A stretch of DNA of 64,000 bases from Burkholderiaceae bacterium (GTDB lineage Bacteria > Pseudomonadota > Gammaproteobacteria > Burkholderiales > Burkholderiaceae_D): positions 2,401 through 66,400 of the forward strand of contig DATEZO010000094.1 of the NCBI GenBank assembly GCA_035255485.1, read 5' to 3'. Positions 27,479-38,616 of the stretch are shown here, one piece after another. Every line of letters starts with the position of its first letter. Position 1 is the first letter of the stretch. Both the position numbers and the translations under genes were made by a program. A model generated the notes under the pieces. It saw only the letters and a program-made list of their open reading frames with translations. It ran no database searches and was not told where the DNA came from.

Positions 27479-29671
27479 ATGATCTGGTTTCCGATGTTTC
27501 CCAAATTGCAACGGTTATTCTCCGGCATGGCTGCGGCGCTGGTCGCCGCCATGCCGGTGCTGGTGTACGCGCAAACCGCAGTAAAACCGGCGCAGGAAGA
27601 CGAAAGCAAGCTGCCGGCGACCATTCGCGCGGAACAGATGACCGGTCGACCGGATCGTGAAGTCACGCTGGAGCGGAATGTGGAAATTACGCGCGGCAAC
27701 ACCGTGATCAATGCCGATCGGGCAACCTATGACATTGTCGAAGACCAGGTGGAAGCTGCCGGGAATATCCGCATGCAACGTTTCGGCGACCGGTACACGG
27801 GCGAGGAATTGAAGCTCAAGCTGGACGTGGGCCGAGGCTACGTGACGCAGCCGACATATCGGCTGGAGCACAACAATGCGCAGGGCCAGGCCCGGCGCAT
27901 TAATTTTGAAAGCGAGGATCAGGCCGTTGTCACCGACGGCACGTACAGCACCTGTGAAGGACCGGATCCGGACTGGTACCTGAAGTCGGATGTGCTGCAT
28001 CTTGATCGCGGGCGCGATGTCGGGACTGCGGCGAAGACCGTAGTGTATTTCAAGGGCGTGCCGATTCTCGGAACGCCGGCGATGTCGTTTCCCCTGTCGG
28101 ATGCGCGCAAGTCGGGCGTGTTGCCACCGACCATCGGCACCTCTTCCGGGCTGGAAGTAACGGTACCGTATTATTTCAATATCGCGCCCAACCGCGATCT
28201 GACGTTGTATCCGAGCATTCTTACCCGGCATGGATTTCAGTTGGGAATGGATGGTCGCTACCTGAGCGAAAAGTACTTCGGCGAAACCTGGCTGGAAGTG
28301 GTGCCGAGCGATCTGGCGACCAAGACCAATCGATATGCGGTGACGTCGATCCATACCCAGTCCCTGGCTCCCGGATGGGGCATGTCGTGGAACCTGAATG
28401 CGGCATCGGACGACAACTATCCCAACGATTTTCCGCGCACGATCACCACCAGTTCGCAGCGTCTGCTGTCGCGTGACCTGAATCTGAATTATTCCGCGAA
28501 GTATTGGAATTTCGGTGCGCGCGCCTCGAATTACCAGGTGTTGCAGGATCCGGCGTCACCGATTCCGCGCCCCTATGATCGCTTGCCGCAATTAACCTTC
28601 CAGGCAGGGCGCCTGGACATGAATGGATTCGACTGGTCGGCGGATTCGGAGTTGACCCGGTTCTGGCATCCCGATGCGGGTATGCTGCGTGGCGACCGCT
28701 TCGTGGCGAATCCGAAGATCTCCTATCCGATCATTCGGCCGGGATACTTTGTGACCCCCAAGTTGTCGTTCGATCTGACCAAATACAGCCTGGACAATCC
28801 GGTCGCCGGCGCACCTTCCTCGCTGACGCGGACCTTGCCGACGTTTTCGTTGGACAGCGGCCTGGCGTTCGAACGCAATGCGCGTTTCTTCGGTCAAGAC
28901 ATGACGCAAACGCTGGAACCGCGCTTGTTCTACGTACGAACGCCATATCGCGACCAGAGCCTGTATCCGAATTTCGACACCGCGGAAGCGGATTTGAGCT
29001 TCGCGCAGCTCTTCAGCGAAAATCGGTTCGTCGGTCATGACCGCATTGGCGATGCCAATCAGCTTACCGCTGCGCTGGTGTCGCGCTATATCGAGCCGTC
29101 CGGCGCCGAACGCTTGCGCGTCGCAGTCGGTCAGCGCTTCTATTTTTCGCGGCCACGCGTGACCCTGGGCGCACCCAGCGACGAAAACCGCTCGGACCTG
29201 CTGTTGTCCGCTTTCGCCCAGTTGAGCGCGAAGCTCAGCACCGAAGTCAATATGCAATACGGCGACAACCAAAACGTATTGAACCGTGCCAACTTCAGTG
29301 TGCGCTGGCAACCGGGACCGAAGCGTGTGTTGAATCTGCAGTATCGGCGCGATGTGCTCAACAATCTGGAACAGATGGACGGCTCTGCGCAATGGCCGAT
29401 TGCACGCCGCTGGTATGCGGTGGCACGTGTCAATTATTCGCTACCCGACCAGAAAGTGGCGGAAGGCTTGCTGGGAATGGAATACAAGGCAGATTGCTGG
29501 GTATTCCGTATCGTCGCCCAGCGTATCCCGACCGCGACCGGAAAAGCGGCATCGCCGATTTTCTTCCAGCTTGAATTGAATGGCTTGACGAGGCTTGGAT
29601 CGAATCCGCTCCCGGCACTGCGCGCCAGCGTGCGCGGCTATCAACTTGTGAATCAACCTGAAGCACCCTGA
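27479..29671 (+). CDS. lptD: LPS-assembly protein LptD
   Basis: 730 aa, signal peptide, OstA N-domain, large barrel. Conserved lptD-surA-pdxA-rsmA synteny. Confidence 0.95.
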   Translation: MIWFPMFPKLQRLFSGMAAALVAAMPVLVYAQTAVKPAQEDESKLPATIRAEQMTGRPDREVTLERNVEITRGNTVINADRATYDIVEDQVEAAGNIRMQRFGDRYTGEELKLKLDVGRGYVTQPTYRLEHNNAQGQARRINFESEDQAVVTDGTYSTCEGPDPDWYLKSDVLHLDRGRDVGTAAKTVVYFKGVPILGTPAMSFPLSDARKSGVLPPTIGTSSGLEVTVPYYFNIAPNRDLTLYPSILTRHGFQLGMDGRYLSEKYFGETWLEVVPSDLATKTNRYAVTSIHTQSLAPGWGMSWNLNAASDDNYPNDFPRTITTSSQRLLSRDLNLNYSAKYWNFGARASNYQVLQDPASPIPRPYDRLPQLTFQAGRLDMNGFDWSADSELTRFWHPDAGMLRGDRFVANPKISYPIIRPGYFVTPKLSFDLTKYSLDNPVAGAPSSLTRTLPTFSLDSGLAFERNARFFGQDMTQTLEPRLFYVRTPYRDQSLYPNFDTAEADLSFAQLFSENRFVGHDRIGDANQLTAALVSRYIEPSGAERLRVAVGQRFYFSRPRVTLGAPSDENRSDLLLSAFAQLSAKLSTEVNMQYGDNQNVLNRANFSVRWQPGPKRVLNLQYRRDVLNNLEQMDGSAQWPIARRWYAVARVNYSLPDQKVAEGLLGMEYKADCWVFRIVAQRIPTATGKAASPIFFQLELNGLTRLGSNPLPALRASVRGYQLVNQPEAP

Positions 29672-29711
29672 AGCACCCAGTAACGACACCTTTAACGAAC
29701 AGCGTTAATTT

Positions 29712-31124
29712 ATGAATAACTCCTTCACCATGCACAATGCACTGAATCCGAAGCGGCGCCTGCAATTTGCGGCGCTCGCGCTATGTGTCACGCTGGGTGC
29801 ATTGCCCCAAGCCTGGTCTCAATCGAACGCCACCGTCGGCGACACGAAACCGGCAGCCAGTGCAAAGCCGCGTATTCAGCCGGCTGACTCGATCGTTGCC
29901 GTGGTCAACCATGACGTCATCACGCGCAACGAGTTGAATGAACGCATGCGCATTGTCACCGCACGGATGAAGGCGCAAGGCAGCGCCTTGCCGCCGGAAG
30001 AACAACTGCAACGGCAGTTGTTGGAGCGCATGATTGTCGACCGCGCGCAATTGCAGCTGGCGAGCGAGACCGGGATTCAGATCAATGACACCATGCTCGA
30101 TCTCGCCATCTCGCGCATTGCCGAGCAAAACAAGATGTCGCTGCAGGAATTCCGTAACCAGCTGGAGCGTGATGGCACGCCGTTCGGAAAATTCCGCGAG
30201 GAGATCCGTAACGAAATCATCATGCAGCGCTTGCGCGAGCGGGAAGTCGATAACCGGATCCAGATCTCGGAATCGGAAGTCGACAATTATCTGGCAGCCG
30301 AAGCCGGCGCGACGCAGGGACGGCAGGAATTCAATCTGGCGCAGATTCTGATACGGATCCCGGAAAATGCCTCGGCCGAACAGATTGCGGAGCGCCGCCG
30401 ACGCGCGGAAGAAGTGCAGCGGCAATTGAAAGCGGGCGGCGACTTCGCCAAACTTGCGGCGACCTATTCCGATGCGAGCGATGCATTGAAAGGCGGCGAT
30501 CTCGGCTGGCGCGATCAGAACCGGTTGCCGCAGCTATTCGTCGATGCGATCGGTGGCCTGGACCAGGGCGGCGTGTCGGATATCGTGAAGAGCGCCAACG
30601 GCTTCCACATACTGAAGCTGGTTGGCAAACGCATGCCGAGCGTGGTGAAAGTGGGCAACGGCACGGCGGCGGCTGCGGTGCAGCAAACGCATGCGCGCCA
30701 CATCCTGATCAAGGTCAATCAGGTGGTAACGGCCAGCGATGCACGGCGCAAGTTGCTTGAATTGAAGGAGCGCCTGGATAACAAGGCCGCCAAATTCGAA
30801 GATCTTGCCAAGCTGTATTCCAACGATCTGTCGGCGGCGAAAGGCGGCGATCTCGGCTGGCTGTATCCGGGCGACACCGTGCCCGAATTCGAGCGTGCGA
30901 TGAATGCACTACAGCCGGGGCAGGTCAGCGAGCCGATCGAGTCGCCGTTCGGCTATCACCTGATCCAGGTATTGGAACGCAAGACCGATGACGTGTCGAA
31001 AGAGCGGCAGCGCCTGCTGGCGCGCCAGGTGATCCGCGACCGCAAGCTCGAAGAAGCGACCGAGGACTGGCTGCGCCAGTTACGCGATCGCGCCTACGTC
31101 GAATATCACCTGGATGACAAATAA
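29712..31124 (+). CDS. surA: Periplasmic chaperone / peptidyl-prolyl isomerase SurA
   Basis: Two parvulin domains (GGDLGW...GFHILK and GGDLGW...GYHLIQV). Confidence 0.95.
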   Translation: MNNSFTMHNALNPKRRLQFAALALCVTLGALPQAWSQSNATVGDTKPAASAKPRIQPADSIVAVVNHDVITRNELNERMRIVTARMKAQGSALPPEEQLQRQLLERMIVDRAQLQLASETGIQINDTMLDLAISRIAEQNKMSLQEFRNQLERDGTPFGKFREEIRNEIIMQRLREREVDNRIQISESEVDNYLAAEAGATQGRQEFNLAQILIRIPENASAEQIAERRRRAEEVQRQLKAGGDFAKLAATYSDASDALKGGDLGWRDQNRLPQLFVDAIGGLDQGGVSDIVKSANGFHILKLVGKRMPSVVKVGNGTAAAAVQQTHARHILIKVNQVVTASDARRKLLELKERLDNKAAKFEDLAKLYSNDLSAAKGGDLGWLYPGDTVPEFERAMNALQPGQVSEPIESPFGYHLIQVLERKTDDVSKERQRLLARQVIRDRKLEEATEDWLRQLRDRAYVEYHLDDK

Positions 31125-31149
31125 TGACCATCTCATCGCTGGCGGCCGC

Positions 31150-32184
31150 ATGAACAACCGGCCAACGATTGCGATCACCTGCGGGGAACCCGCCGGCATC
31201 GGCCCGGAAATTTCGCTCCGGGCCGCCTGGCAGTTGCGCGATACCGTCAATTGCGTGCTGATCGGCGACGCGGCGCTGCTGGCGCTGACCGCCGGCGAGA
31301 TCGACCCCGGCCTGCGCCTGGCCGCCTTGTCGACGCAGGCGCTGCGCAATGGCGGGTTGCCGCATCTGCCGACCGGACAACTGGTCGTGATCGATTGCCC
31401 GCTGGCCGAGCCGGCAGTTCCGGGCCGGCTCGACAAGCGCAACGCCCGAGCGCTGCTGCAAACGCTCGACGTCGCGATCGCGGGCGCGCTGCACCAGACC
31501 TTCGATGCGATCGTCACCGCGCCGTTGCAGAAAAGCGTGATCAACGACGCCGGCATGCCGTTTACCGGTCATACCGAATACCTGGCGGAAAAGACCGGCA
31601 CGCAGCAGGTCGTGATGATGCTGGCCGGCGGCACGCCCATGCTGCGCGTTGCGCTCGCTACCACGCACCTGGCGCTGAAGGATGTGCCGGCGGCGATTAC
31701 GTTCGACAGCTTGCTGCGCACGATTGGCATCCTGCATCATGATTTGCAGCGCAAGTTCGGGTTGGCCAAGCCGCGCATCCTGGTGGCTGGCCTGAATCCG
31801 CATGCGGGCGAGGGCGGCTATCTGGGCCGCGAGGAAATCGACGTGATCACGCCGGTGCTGCAGGCGGCGCAGGCGCAGGGGATCGATGCCAGCGGCCCGT
31901 ATCCGGCCGACACCCTGTTCCAGCCGAAATACCTGGAGCATGCGGATTGCGTGCTGGCGATGTACCACGATCAGGGCTTGCCGGTCCTGAAGCATGCGAG
32001 CTTCGGGCGCGGCGTAAACATTACGCTCGGCCTGCCGATCATCCGTACTTCAGTCGACCATGGCACGGCGCTTGATCTGGCGGTAAAGGGCGTTGGCCAT
32101 GCCGACCACGGCAGCATGGTCGAGGCGATCAGGGTCGCGGCGCAGATGGCTGCCGCAAGCGCCGGCGCATTGCCCAGGTCTTGA
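31150..32184 (+). CDS. pdxA: 4-hydroxythreonine-4-phosphate dehydrogenase
   Basis: [34 protein letters not shown] and TSVDHGTA motifs. Start at the ATG at 31150 (alternative 31114). Confidence 0.95.
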   Translation: MNNRPTIAITCGEPAGIGPEISLRAAWQLRDTVNCVLIGDAALLALTAGEIDPGLRLAALSTQALRNGGLPHLPTGQLVVIDCPLAEPAVPGRLDKRNARALLQTLDVAIAGALHQTFDAIVTAPLQKSVINDAGMPFTGHTEYLAEKTGTQQVVMMLAGGTPMLRVALATTHLALKDVPAAITFDSLLRTIGILHHDLQRKFGLAKPRILVAGLNPHAGEGGYLGREEIDVITPVLQAAQAQGIDASGPYPADTLFQPKYLEHADCVLAMYHDQGLPVLKHASFGRGVNITLGLPIIRTSVDHGTALDLAVKGVGHADHGSMVEAIRVAAQMAAASAGALPRS

Positions 32185-32308
32185 AAAATTCTGTCGTGTC
32201 CGCGCAGGGCGCTGCAGGGATTTCGCAGGGCAATGCGCCACGGCCATCCTGCTTCACTGCCTGCGGTATCCTGCGCGGGCACGGCGGGGACTGATCCCAT
32301 AACAATCC

Positions 32309-33082
32309 ATGAAACACATTCCACGCAAACGCTTTGGCCAGAATTTCCTGACGGATGAGGGCGTGCTGCACGACATTATCCGCGTCATCGATCCGCAACC
32401 CGACGATGCGATGGTCGAAATCGGTCCCGGCCTGGCGGCCATGACCCGCCTGCTGCTGGAATCGCTCAGGCAACTGCATGTGGTCGAGCTCGACCGCGAT
32501 CTGGTGGCGCGGCTGAAGAAAATCTTCGCCGCGGACCGCCTGATCATCCATGAAGGCGATGCGCTGCAATTCGATTTCACGACGATTCCGGTTGCGCCCG
32601 GACGCAAGCTGCGGGTGGTGGGCAATCTGCCCTACAACATATCGAGCCCGCTGCTGTTTCATCTGACGCAGATCGCGCCGCAGGTGCAGGACCAGCATTT
32701 CATGCTGCAAAAGGAAGTGGTCGAGCGCATGACGGCGTCGCCCGGCGGCAAAGCTTACGGCCGTCTGTCGGTCATGCTGCAGTGGCGCTATCGGATGGAG
32801 CTGATGTTCGTCGTGCCGCCAACCGCATTCGATCCGCCGCCGCGAGTGGAATCCGCCATCGTGCGCATGCTGCCGATTGCACAGCCGCTGGCCTGCGATC
32901 AGGGACGACTGGAGCAGGTGGTGATGAAAGCCTTTTCGCAGCGGCGCAAGGTGATGCGCAATTGCGTCGCCGGCATGTTCACCGAAAACGACTTGATCGA
33001 TGCTGGTATCGATCCGCAGGCACGGCCGGAAACGTTGTCGCTCGAACAGTTTGTTGCCCTGGCGTATCGGTTGCCGGCCTAG
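32309..33082 (+). CDS. rsmA: 16S rRNA (adenine1518/1519-N6)-dimethyltransferase
   Basis: KRFGQNFL N-terminus, EIGPG SAM motif, GNLPYNISSP. Confidence 0.95.
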   Translation: MKHIPRKRFGQNFLTDEGVLHDIIRVIDPQPDDAMVEIGPGLAAMTRLLLESLRQLHVVELDRDLVARLKKIFAADRLIIHEGDALQFDFTTIPVAPGRKLRVVGNLPYNISSPLLFHLTQIAPQVQDQHFMLQKEVVERMTASPGGKAYGRLSVMLQWRYRMELMFVVPPTAFDPPPRVESAIVRMLPIAQPLACDQGRLEQVVMKAFSQRRKVMRNCVAGMFTENDLIDAGIDPQARPETLSLEQFVALAYRLPA

Positions 33083-33336
33083 CGCTGCTGCATCGCAAGC
33101 GGATATCCCTTGGTCTGAGGAACAGTGTCTTGCCTTTCCATTGAAGGGCGGAAGCACGTCATGCGTGGTCATCCTGATATTGCTTGCAGTAATGCATTTG
33201 GGGTACTGTAACGACCTTCGCTTTGCCGGAACCAGCCGCCTTGCCGATGCGTCGGCATGGCTGCCGGATCGGCAATATCAAACCGATATGCACCGCCTTT
33301 CGCAATTTCATCTTCTTTATCTGCCCGGAGCCGCAC

Positions 33337-34101
33337 ATGCCTGACACCGATAACATCAAAGACAACATCGTTCATGCGCCGCATCTGCCGTTGACGGATT
33401 ACTATCGCAATGAAGAAGAGCGGCGCGGCTGGGTCGGGAAGATGTTCGACAGCACCGCTGCCGACTACAACCGCATCGAAACCATTCTCGGATTGGGATC
33501 GGGTTCCTGGTACCGCGGCCAGGCATTGTTGCGCGCGGGGCTGAAGCCGGGCATGAAGATGGTCGATGTCGGCGTCGGCACCGGACTGGTGGCGCGGCAG
33601 GCGGCAAACATCGTCGGCGATCCCGCGCTGGTGACAGGAGTCGATCCGAGCACGGGCATGCTGCAGAATGCGCAAGTGCCGGCAGGCGTCAAGCTGGTCC
33701 AGGGCACGGCCGAACAGATTCCGTTTCCCGACAACACCTTCGACTTTCTCAGCATGGGCTATGCATTGCGGCATATCAGCGATCTTTCCGTGGCGTTTGC
33801 CGAGTTCCATCGCGTGCTGAAGCCAGGCGGCCGGCTGTGCATCCTGGAAATCACCTGCCCGGAAAAACCGTTCCGGAAAATGCTGCTGAAAGCCTATATC
33901 AAGGGCGTGGTGCCGACTCTGGCCCGCCTCGCTTCGCGCAGCGGCAATACCTCGCTGCTGTGGCGTTATTACTGGGATACGATCGAAGCCTGCGCCGCGC
34001 CGGCCAGCGTGATGCATACGCTCAAGAACGCCGGGTTCGCCAATGTCGATCGCTATCTTGAACTTGGCGTATTTTCGGAGTATCGCGCCCTGAAAAAATG
34101 A
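33337..34101 (+). CDS. Class I SAM-dependent methyltransferase (UbiE/MenG-like paralog)
   Basis: MFDSTAADYNRIE and VDVGVGTGL motif I. RVLKPGGRLCILE post-I region. Confidence 0.8.
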   Translation: MPDTDNIKDNIVHAPHLPLTDYYRNEEERRGWVGKMFDSTAADYNRIETILGLGSGSWYRGQALLRAGLKPGMKMVDVGVGTGLVARQAANIVGDPALVTGVDPSTGMLQNAQVPAGVKLVQGTAEQIPFPDNTFDFLSMGYALRHISDLSVAFAEFHRVLKPGGRLCILEITCPEKPFRKMLLKAYIKGVVPTLARLASRSGNTSLLWRYYWDTIEACAAPASVMHTLKNAGFANVDRYLELGVFSEYRALKK

Positions 34102-34461
34102 ATTTTGTAGAGAGTATAGGTAAAAATAGTGCGATATTCGCAATGAAAACGCGGGTATTTTAGAATACATGGCCGTGTATGCAGATGCTCCAGGAGCTGC
34201 GCAAAACCGCATTCACGGGTATTCCGGCTCCCGGCAAGCCTTGCCGGAGCATCCAGCCCGCAGGCATCGATCATTTCGGACTGGCAAATGAACGATGCGT
34301 TGCCGCATCAATTGCAAATCCTGCATCGGGAGGGCAACGGAAAAGGGTTGAGCCGGCGGAAGATGGGCTGGTAACATGACGGACTCTCTTCAAGCAATGG
34401 TTTCTTTGCGAAAAAGCAAGGCGGACGTTGCTTGTTTCAGTTATTAGGCAATACGGAAATC

Positions 34462-34746
34462 ATGACTATTGACACTAGCGCGACTTATGATGTCGCATTG
34501 CAACATGAGGTTGCAGAGCTCATCGTGCAGGCATTGAATCTCGATGTCGGCGCGGATCAGATCCACCCGGACGACCCACTCTACGGTGATGGTCTGGGAC
34601 TGGATTCGATTGACGTGCTGGAAATCGCCCTGGTGGTTTCCAAGCAGTACGGACTGCAACTGAAGGCTGACAATGAAGACAACCATCGCATTTTCAGTTC
34701 GCTGCGCAGCCTGACCGAATACATCGGCATCCAGAGATCAGCCTGA
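34462..34746 (+). CDS. Acyl carrier protein of the aryl-polyene cluster (XanC/ApeE-like)
   Basis: GLGLDSIDVLEI phosphopantetheine attachment motif. About 94 aa from the ATG at 34462. Confidence 0.85.
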   Translation: MTIDTSATYDVALQHEVAELIVQALNLDVGADQIHPDDPLYGDGLGLDSIDVLEIALVVSKQYGLQLKADNEDNHRIFSSLRSLTEYIGIQRSA

Positions 34747-35384
34747 TGTTCGAAGCGCTTCGGCTTGGGCGCTGGATCGCCGCCGGCGCGCTGGCGCTGG
34801 GCTACGCCCTGCTTGCACATCACACCAATACGGCCGCTGGCACCGCGACGCTGGGCGTTCTGCTGGCGCTGGCGCCGCTGGTACTGGCGGCGCTATCGCT
34901 GGCATGGCATGCGCGGCGCCGGATTGCCATGCTGGCGCTGTTCGGCCTCGGCTGCGCCGCGCTGGCGGCAAACTGGAGCGTACTGACGCATCATTACGAC
35001 CGGATTTACTGGTTCGAACATGCCGGTACGGAATTGATTCTCTGCCTGACCTTCGGCCGCACGCTGGCGTCCGGCCGCGAGCCGATGTGCACCACTTTCG
35101 CCCGGGCAGTGCACGGCACGATCACGCCGACGCTGGCGCGCTATTCGCGCCAGGTGACGGTGGCATGGGTCGGGTTTTTCGGTGCGATGGCGGCGGCTTC
35201 GACTACGATTTTCCTGGTCGCGCCGTTATCCGTATGGTCCGCCTTCGCCAATTTCTTTACCGCGCCATTGATCGCAGCCATGTTCGTGCTCGAATACCTG
35301 GTCCGGCGATATTTGCATCCGCACATGGAGCACGCGCACATCCTGGATGCAGTCAAGGCCTTCTGGAAAGCGCCTGCCGGCTGA
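34746..35384 (+). CDS. Integral membrane protein typical of APE clusters (COG4648-like)
   Basis: 212 aa with 5-6 hydrophobic helices. TGATG overlap with the ACP stop. Position matches the ApeG-type membrane protein. Confidence 0.65.
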   Translation: MFEALRLGRWIAAGALALGYALLAHHTNTAAGTATLGVLLALAPLVLAALSLAWHARRRIAMLALFGLGCAALAANWSVLTHHYDRIYWFEHAGTELILCLTFGRTLASGREPMCTTFARAVHGTITPTLARYSRQVTVAWVGFFGAMAAASTTIFLVAPLSVWSAFANFFTAPLIAAMFVLEYLVRRYLHPHMEHAHILDAVKAFWKAPAG

Positions 35385-35415
35385 CGTTGCGCCGGATCGA
35401 AAAGGAGGTTCCATC

Positions 35416-36774
35416 ATGCCCGTTTTCCCCCTGATTACCCACCCGCATGCCGATAGCGTGATCGCCTGGCGCAACGGCCGCCCGATCACGGCCGCCCGTT
35501 TCCTGTCCGAGGTGGCGCAACTGCGCGCGCAACTGCCCGCCGGCAGCCACATGCTGAATGCCTGCGGCGACCGCTACCGCTTCATGGTCGGCCTGGCCGC
35601 CGCCATGACCAGCCGTAAAGTCAGCCTGCTGCCATCGACGCAGACGCCGGAAATGATCCGGCAGATGGCGCTGTTCGCGCCGGATGCGTTTTGCCTGACC
35701 GATAGCAGGGATTGCCCGATCGCGCTGCCGCAGATGCATTATCCGGCGCTGGCCGAACAGGATGAGGGCGGCGAATTCGTGGTGCCGCAGATCGACGCCG
35801 GGCAACTGATCGCCTATGTCTTCACCTCGGGCTCCACCGGCGTGCCGATGCCGCACCGGAAAACCTGGGGCGCGCTGGTGCGCAACGTGCAGGCCGAAGC
35901 GCAGCTGTGCGGCCTGCACGATGGCCGCCGGCATGCCGTGATCGGCACCGTTCCGCCGCAGCACATGTACGGCTTCGAATCGACGGTATTGATCGTGATG
36001 CAAAGCGCCAATGCGCTGGTCGCGGGAAATTCCTTCTATCCGTCCGATATCTGCCATGCGGTCAGCTCGACGCCGCGACCGCGCACGCTGGTATCGACGC
36101 CGGTCCATCTGCGCTCCGTGATCGGCGCCGGCCTCGACATACCGCAAGTGGATCTGCTGGTGTCGGCGACCGCGCCGTTGTCGACGGCGCTGGCCGAGGA
36201 GCTGGAACAGGCATTTCGCGCGCCGCTGCTGGAAATTTACGGCAGCACCGAAACCGGGCAGATCGCCGTGCGCAATTCCACCCGGACCCAGGAATGGCGA
36301 CTGTTTCAAGACGTCCGCCTGACGCAGCGGGACGGCGTCACCTGGGCCTCCGGCGGCCATGTCGAACAACCGGTGCCGATGAACGACGTGATCGAAAGCG
36401 TGGATGACACGCGCTTTCTGCTGCACGGACGCACCGCCGACTTGGTCAACATTGCCGGCAAGCGCAATTCGCTTGCGTACCTGAACCTGCAGTTGCATGC
36501 GATCGCGGGCGTGGTCGACGGGGCATTTTTCATGCCGGACGAAGCGCACGCCGATGGCGTGACACGCCTGACCGCATTCGTGGTGGCGCCTGGAATGAGC
36601 GCGGCGACGATCACGGCGGCGCTGCGCGAGCGCATCGATGCGGTATTCCTGCCGCGTCCGCTGGTATTGGTCGATGCATTGCCGCGCAACGCTACCGGCA
36701 AATTGCCGCGCGAGGCGTTGCAGGCGCTGGCGACAGCCCGCAATGGCCCATCCGGCAAAGGGAATCCGGCATGA
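35416..36774 (+). CDS. AMP-dependent aryl/acyl-ACP ligase (XanA2/ApeH-like)
   Basis: A3-type core YVFTSGSTGVPMPH, EIYGSTETG and C-terminal GKLPR. RBS AAAGGAGG lies before the ATG at 35416. Confidence 0.85.
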   Translation: MPVFPLITHPHADSVIAWRNGRPITAARFLSEVAQLRAQLPAGSHMLNACGDRYRFMVGLAAAMTSRKVSLLPSTQTPEMIRQMALFAPDAFCLTDSRDCPIALPQMHYPALAEQDEGGEFVVPQIDAGQLIAYVFTSGSTGVPMPHRKTWGALVRNVQAEAQLCGLHDGRRHAVIGTVPPQHMYGFESTVLIVMQSANALVAGNSFYPSDICHAVSSTPRPRTLVSTPVHLRSVIGAGLDIPQVDLLVSATAPLSTALAEELEQAFRAPLLEIYGSTETGQIAVRNSTRTQEWRLFQDVRLTQRDGVTWASGGHVEQPVPMNDVIESVDDTRFLLHGRTADLVNIAGKRNSLAYLNLQLHAIAGVVDGAFFMPDEAHADGVTRLTAFVVAPGMSAATITAALRERIDAVFLPRPLVLVDALPRNATGKLPREALQALATARNGPSGKGNPA

Positions 36775-37085
36775 GCAGCGGCCAGGCGCCATTGGCGATT
36801 GCGGCCGATCATCCCGCATTCGCCGGACATTTCCCGGGTGCGCCGATCGTTCCCGGCGTGGTGCTGCTCGATGCAGCGCTGCATGCCATCGGCCGGCAGA
36901 TCGGAACCGACTTGTCTGCCTGTCGTATCGGCACGATGAAATTCCTGCGCCCGGTCGGTCCCGGCGAGCCGGTCAGCGTACGCTATGAAACGCTCGACAG
37001 CGGCGCGCTGCGCTTCGATCTCCTGAGTGCGGGCCACAAGGTGGCGACCGGATCGATCCGCCTGCCTGAAGTGGCGGCGCCATGA
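36771..37085 (+). CDS. Small hotdog-fold 3-hydroxyacyl-ACP dehydratase-like protein (ApeI-like)
   Basis: HPAFAGHFPGAPIVPGVVLLD resembles the FabZ/FabA active-site stretch. 104 aa. ATGA overlap. Confidence 0.7.
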   Translation: MSSGQAPLAIAADHPAFAGHFPGAPIVPGVVLLDAALHAIGRQIGTDLSACRIGTMKFLRPVGPGEPVSVRYETLDSGALRFDLLSAGHKVATGSIRLPEVAAP

Positions 37086-38020
37086 CATCGCAACCGCAGC
37101 GCACGGCCGGCTGGATGCGCAGCCCGGAGCGCAGCAACATGCTGATGCTGCGCATCATGACCTGGATTTCGCTGCATCTGGGGCGATCGGCCAGCCGCGC
37201 GGTATTGCACCTGATTGCCGCGTATTTCCTGCTGTTCGCACCGGCCAGCCGCGCCGGTTCGCGCGGGTATTTGCGCCGGATCCTGCCGCATCCGGTGCGC
37301 TGGGCCGACCTCTACCGGCATTTTTTCTGGTTCGCCACCACCATCCACGACCGGGTCTACCTGCTCAACCAGCGCTTCGACCTGTTCGACATCACGGTGC
37401 ATGGCGAGGCGCTGATGCAGAAGTGCGTGGCGGACGGACGCGGCGTGTTCCTGATCGGCGCGCACATGGGCAGCTTCGAAGTGATCCGTGCGCTCGGCCG
37501 GCGCCATGCCGGGCTCAAGGTGGCGATGGCGATGTATGAAGAAAACGCGCGCAAGATCAACGACATGCTGGCGGCAATCAATCCGGCTGCGCAACAGGAT
37601 GTCATCGCGCTGGGCCGGATCGATGCGATGCTGAAAATCAGTGAAGCCCTGGATCGGGGCGCTCTGGTCGGCATGCTGGCCGATCGCACCCTGCGCGATG
37701 ACGCGACACTGGCGGTGCCGCTGCTCGGCAGCCCTGCGCCGCTGCCGCTCGGCCCGTGCCGGATGGCGGCGATCCTGCGGCGGCCGGTGATCTTCATGAC
37801 CGGCCTGTATCTGGGGAAAAACCGCTACGAGATCCATTTTGAAATGCTGGCCGATTTTTCGCAGGTTGCACGGACGCAGCGGCAGGCGGAAATCGAGCGC
37901 GCGGTGGAGCGTTACGCTGCCCTGCTTGAAAAATACTGCCGGCGCGCGCCCTATAACTGGTTTAATTTTTTCAATTTCTGGCAATTCGCCTCCGCAACCG
38001 GCAAAGACCCTGATCAATGA
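37082..38020 (+). CDS. LPLAT-superfamily (LpxL/HtrB-like) acyltransferase
   Basis: 312 aa, N-terminal TM. GVFLIGAHMGSFE and LVGMLADR are typical of lipid A-type late acyltransferases. Confidence 0.8.
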   Translation: MTSQPQRTAGWMRSPERSNMLMLRIMTWISLHLGRSASRAVLHLIAAYFLLFAPASRAGSRGYLRRILPHPVRWADLYRHFFWFATTIHDRVYLLNQRFDLFDITVHGEALMQKCVADGRGVFLIGAHMGSFEVIRALGRRHAGLKVAMAMYEENARKINDMLAAINPAAQQDVIALGRIDAMLKISEALDRGALVGMLADRTLRDDATLAVPLLGSPAPLPLGPCRMAAILRRPVIFMTGLYLGKNRYEIHFEMLADFSQVARTQRQAEIERAVERYAALLEKYCRRAPYNWFNFFNFWQFASATGKDPDQ

Positions 38021-38616
38021 ACGTTACATCGATACGGCCGGTGTTCCGCCGCACTTTCCTTTTTCTCCTGGCCATTGCATTCTGGCCGGCGCTGTCGATG
38101 GCGGCGGACTGGGATATCGACCAGCTGATGCAGTCGATGGGCAAGGTCGCCTCCGGCCGCGCGACCTTCATCGAGAAAAAAACCATGGCGATGCTCGAAC
38201 GGCCGGTAGAGTCGTCGGGAGAACTGCTGTATACCGCTCCGGACCACCTGGAAAAACGCACCCTTAAACCGAAGCCTGAAACCATGACGATCGACGGCGG
38301 CACGCTGACCATCGAACGCGGGCGCCAGAAGCTGGCGGTGCAACTGTCGGAGTATCCGGAACTGGCCGGTTTCCTCGATAGCATCCGTGGCACGCTGGCG
38401 GGCGACCGCAAGGCGCTGGAACGGGTGTTCAGGCTGCAGCTGGAAGGCGGCGCGGAGCGCTGGCAGCTGTCGCTGACGCCGACCGATGGCAAGATGGCGA
38501 CCACGATTCATCTGATCCGGATCGCCGGCAGCCGCGACAACGTGCGCCGCATCGAGATCATCCAGACTGACGGCGATCGTTCGGTGATGACGGTCACGCC
38601 CGTCGCCACGCCATGA
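38017..38616 (+). CDS. LolA-like outer-membrane lipoprotein-carrier family protein
   Basis: Signal peptide (FLFLLAIAFWPALSMA). RATFIEKKTMAMLERPVESSGELLY is a LolA-fold pattern. Confidence 0.75.
   Translation: MNVTSIRPVFRRTFLFLLAIAFWPALSMAADWDIDQLMQSMGKVASGRATFIEKKTMAMLERPVESSGELLYTAPDHLEKRTLKPKPETMTIDGGTLTIERGRQKLAVQLSEYPELAGFLDSIRGTLAGDRKALERVFRLQLEGGAERWQLSLTPTDGKMATTIHLIRIAGSRDNVRRIEIIQTDGDRSVMTVTPVATP

Noticed and set aside
34179-34379. 66-aa ORF in the leader upstream of the ACP gene
   Set aside because: No motifs and atypical composition. It lies inside a region better explained as promoter or 5' UTR.
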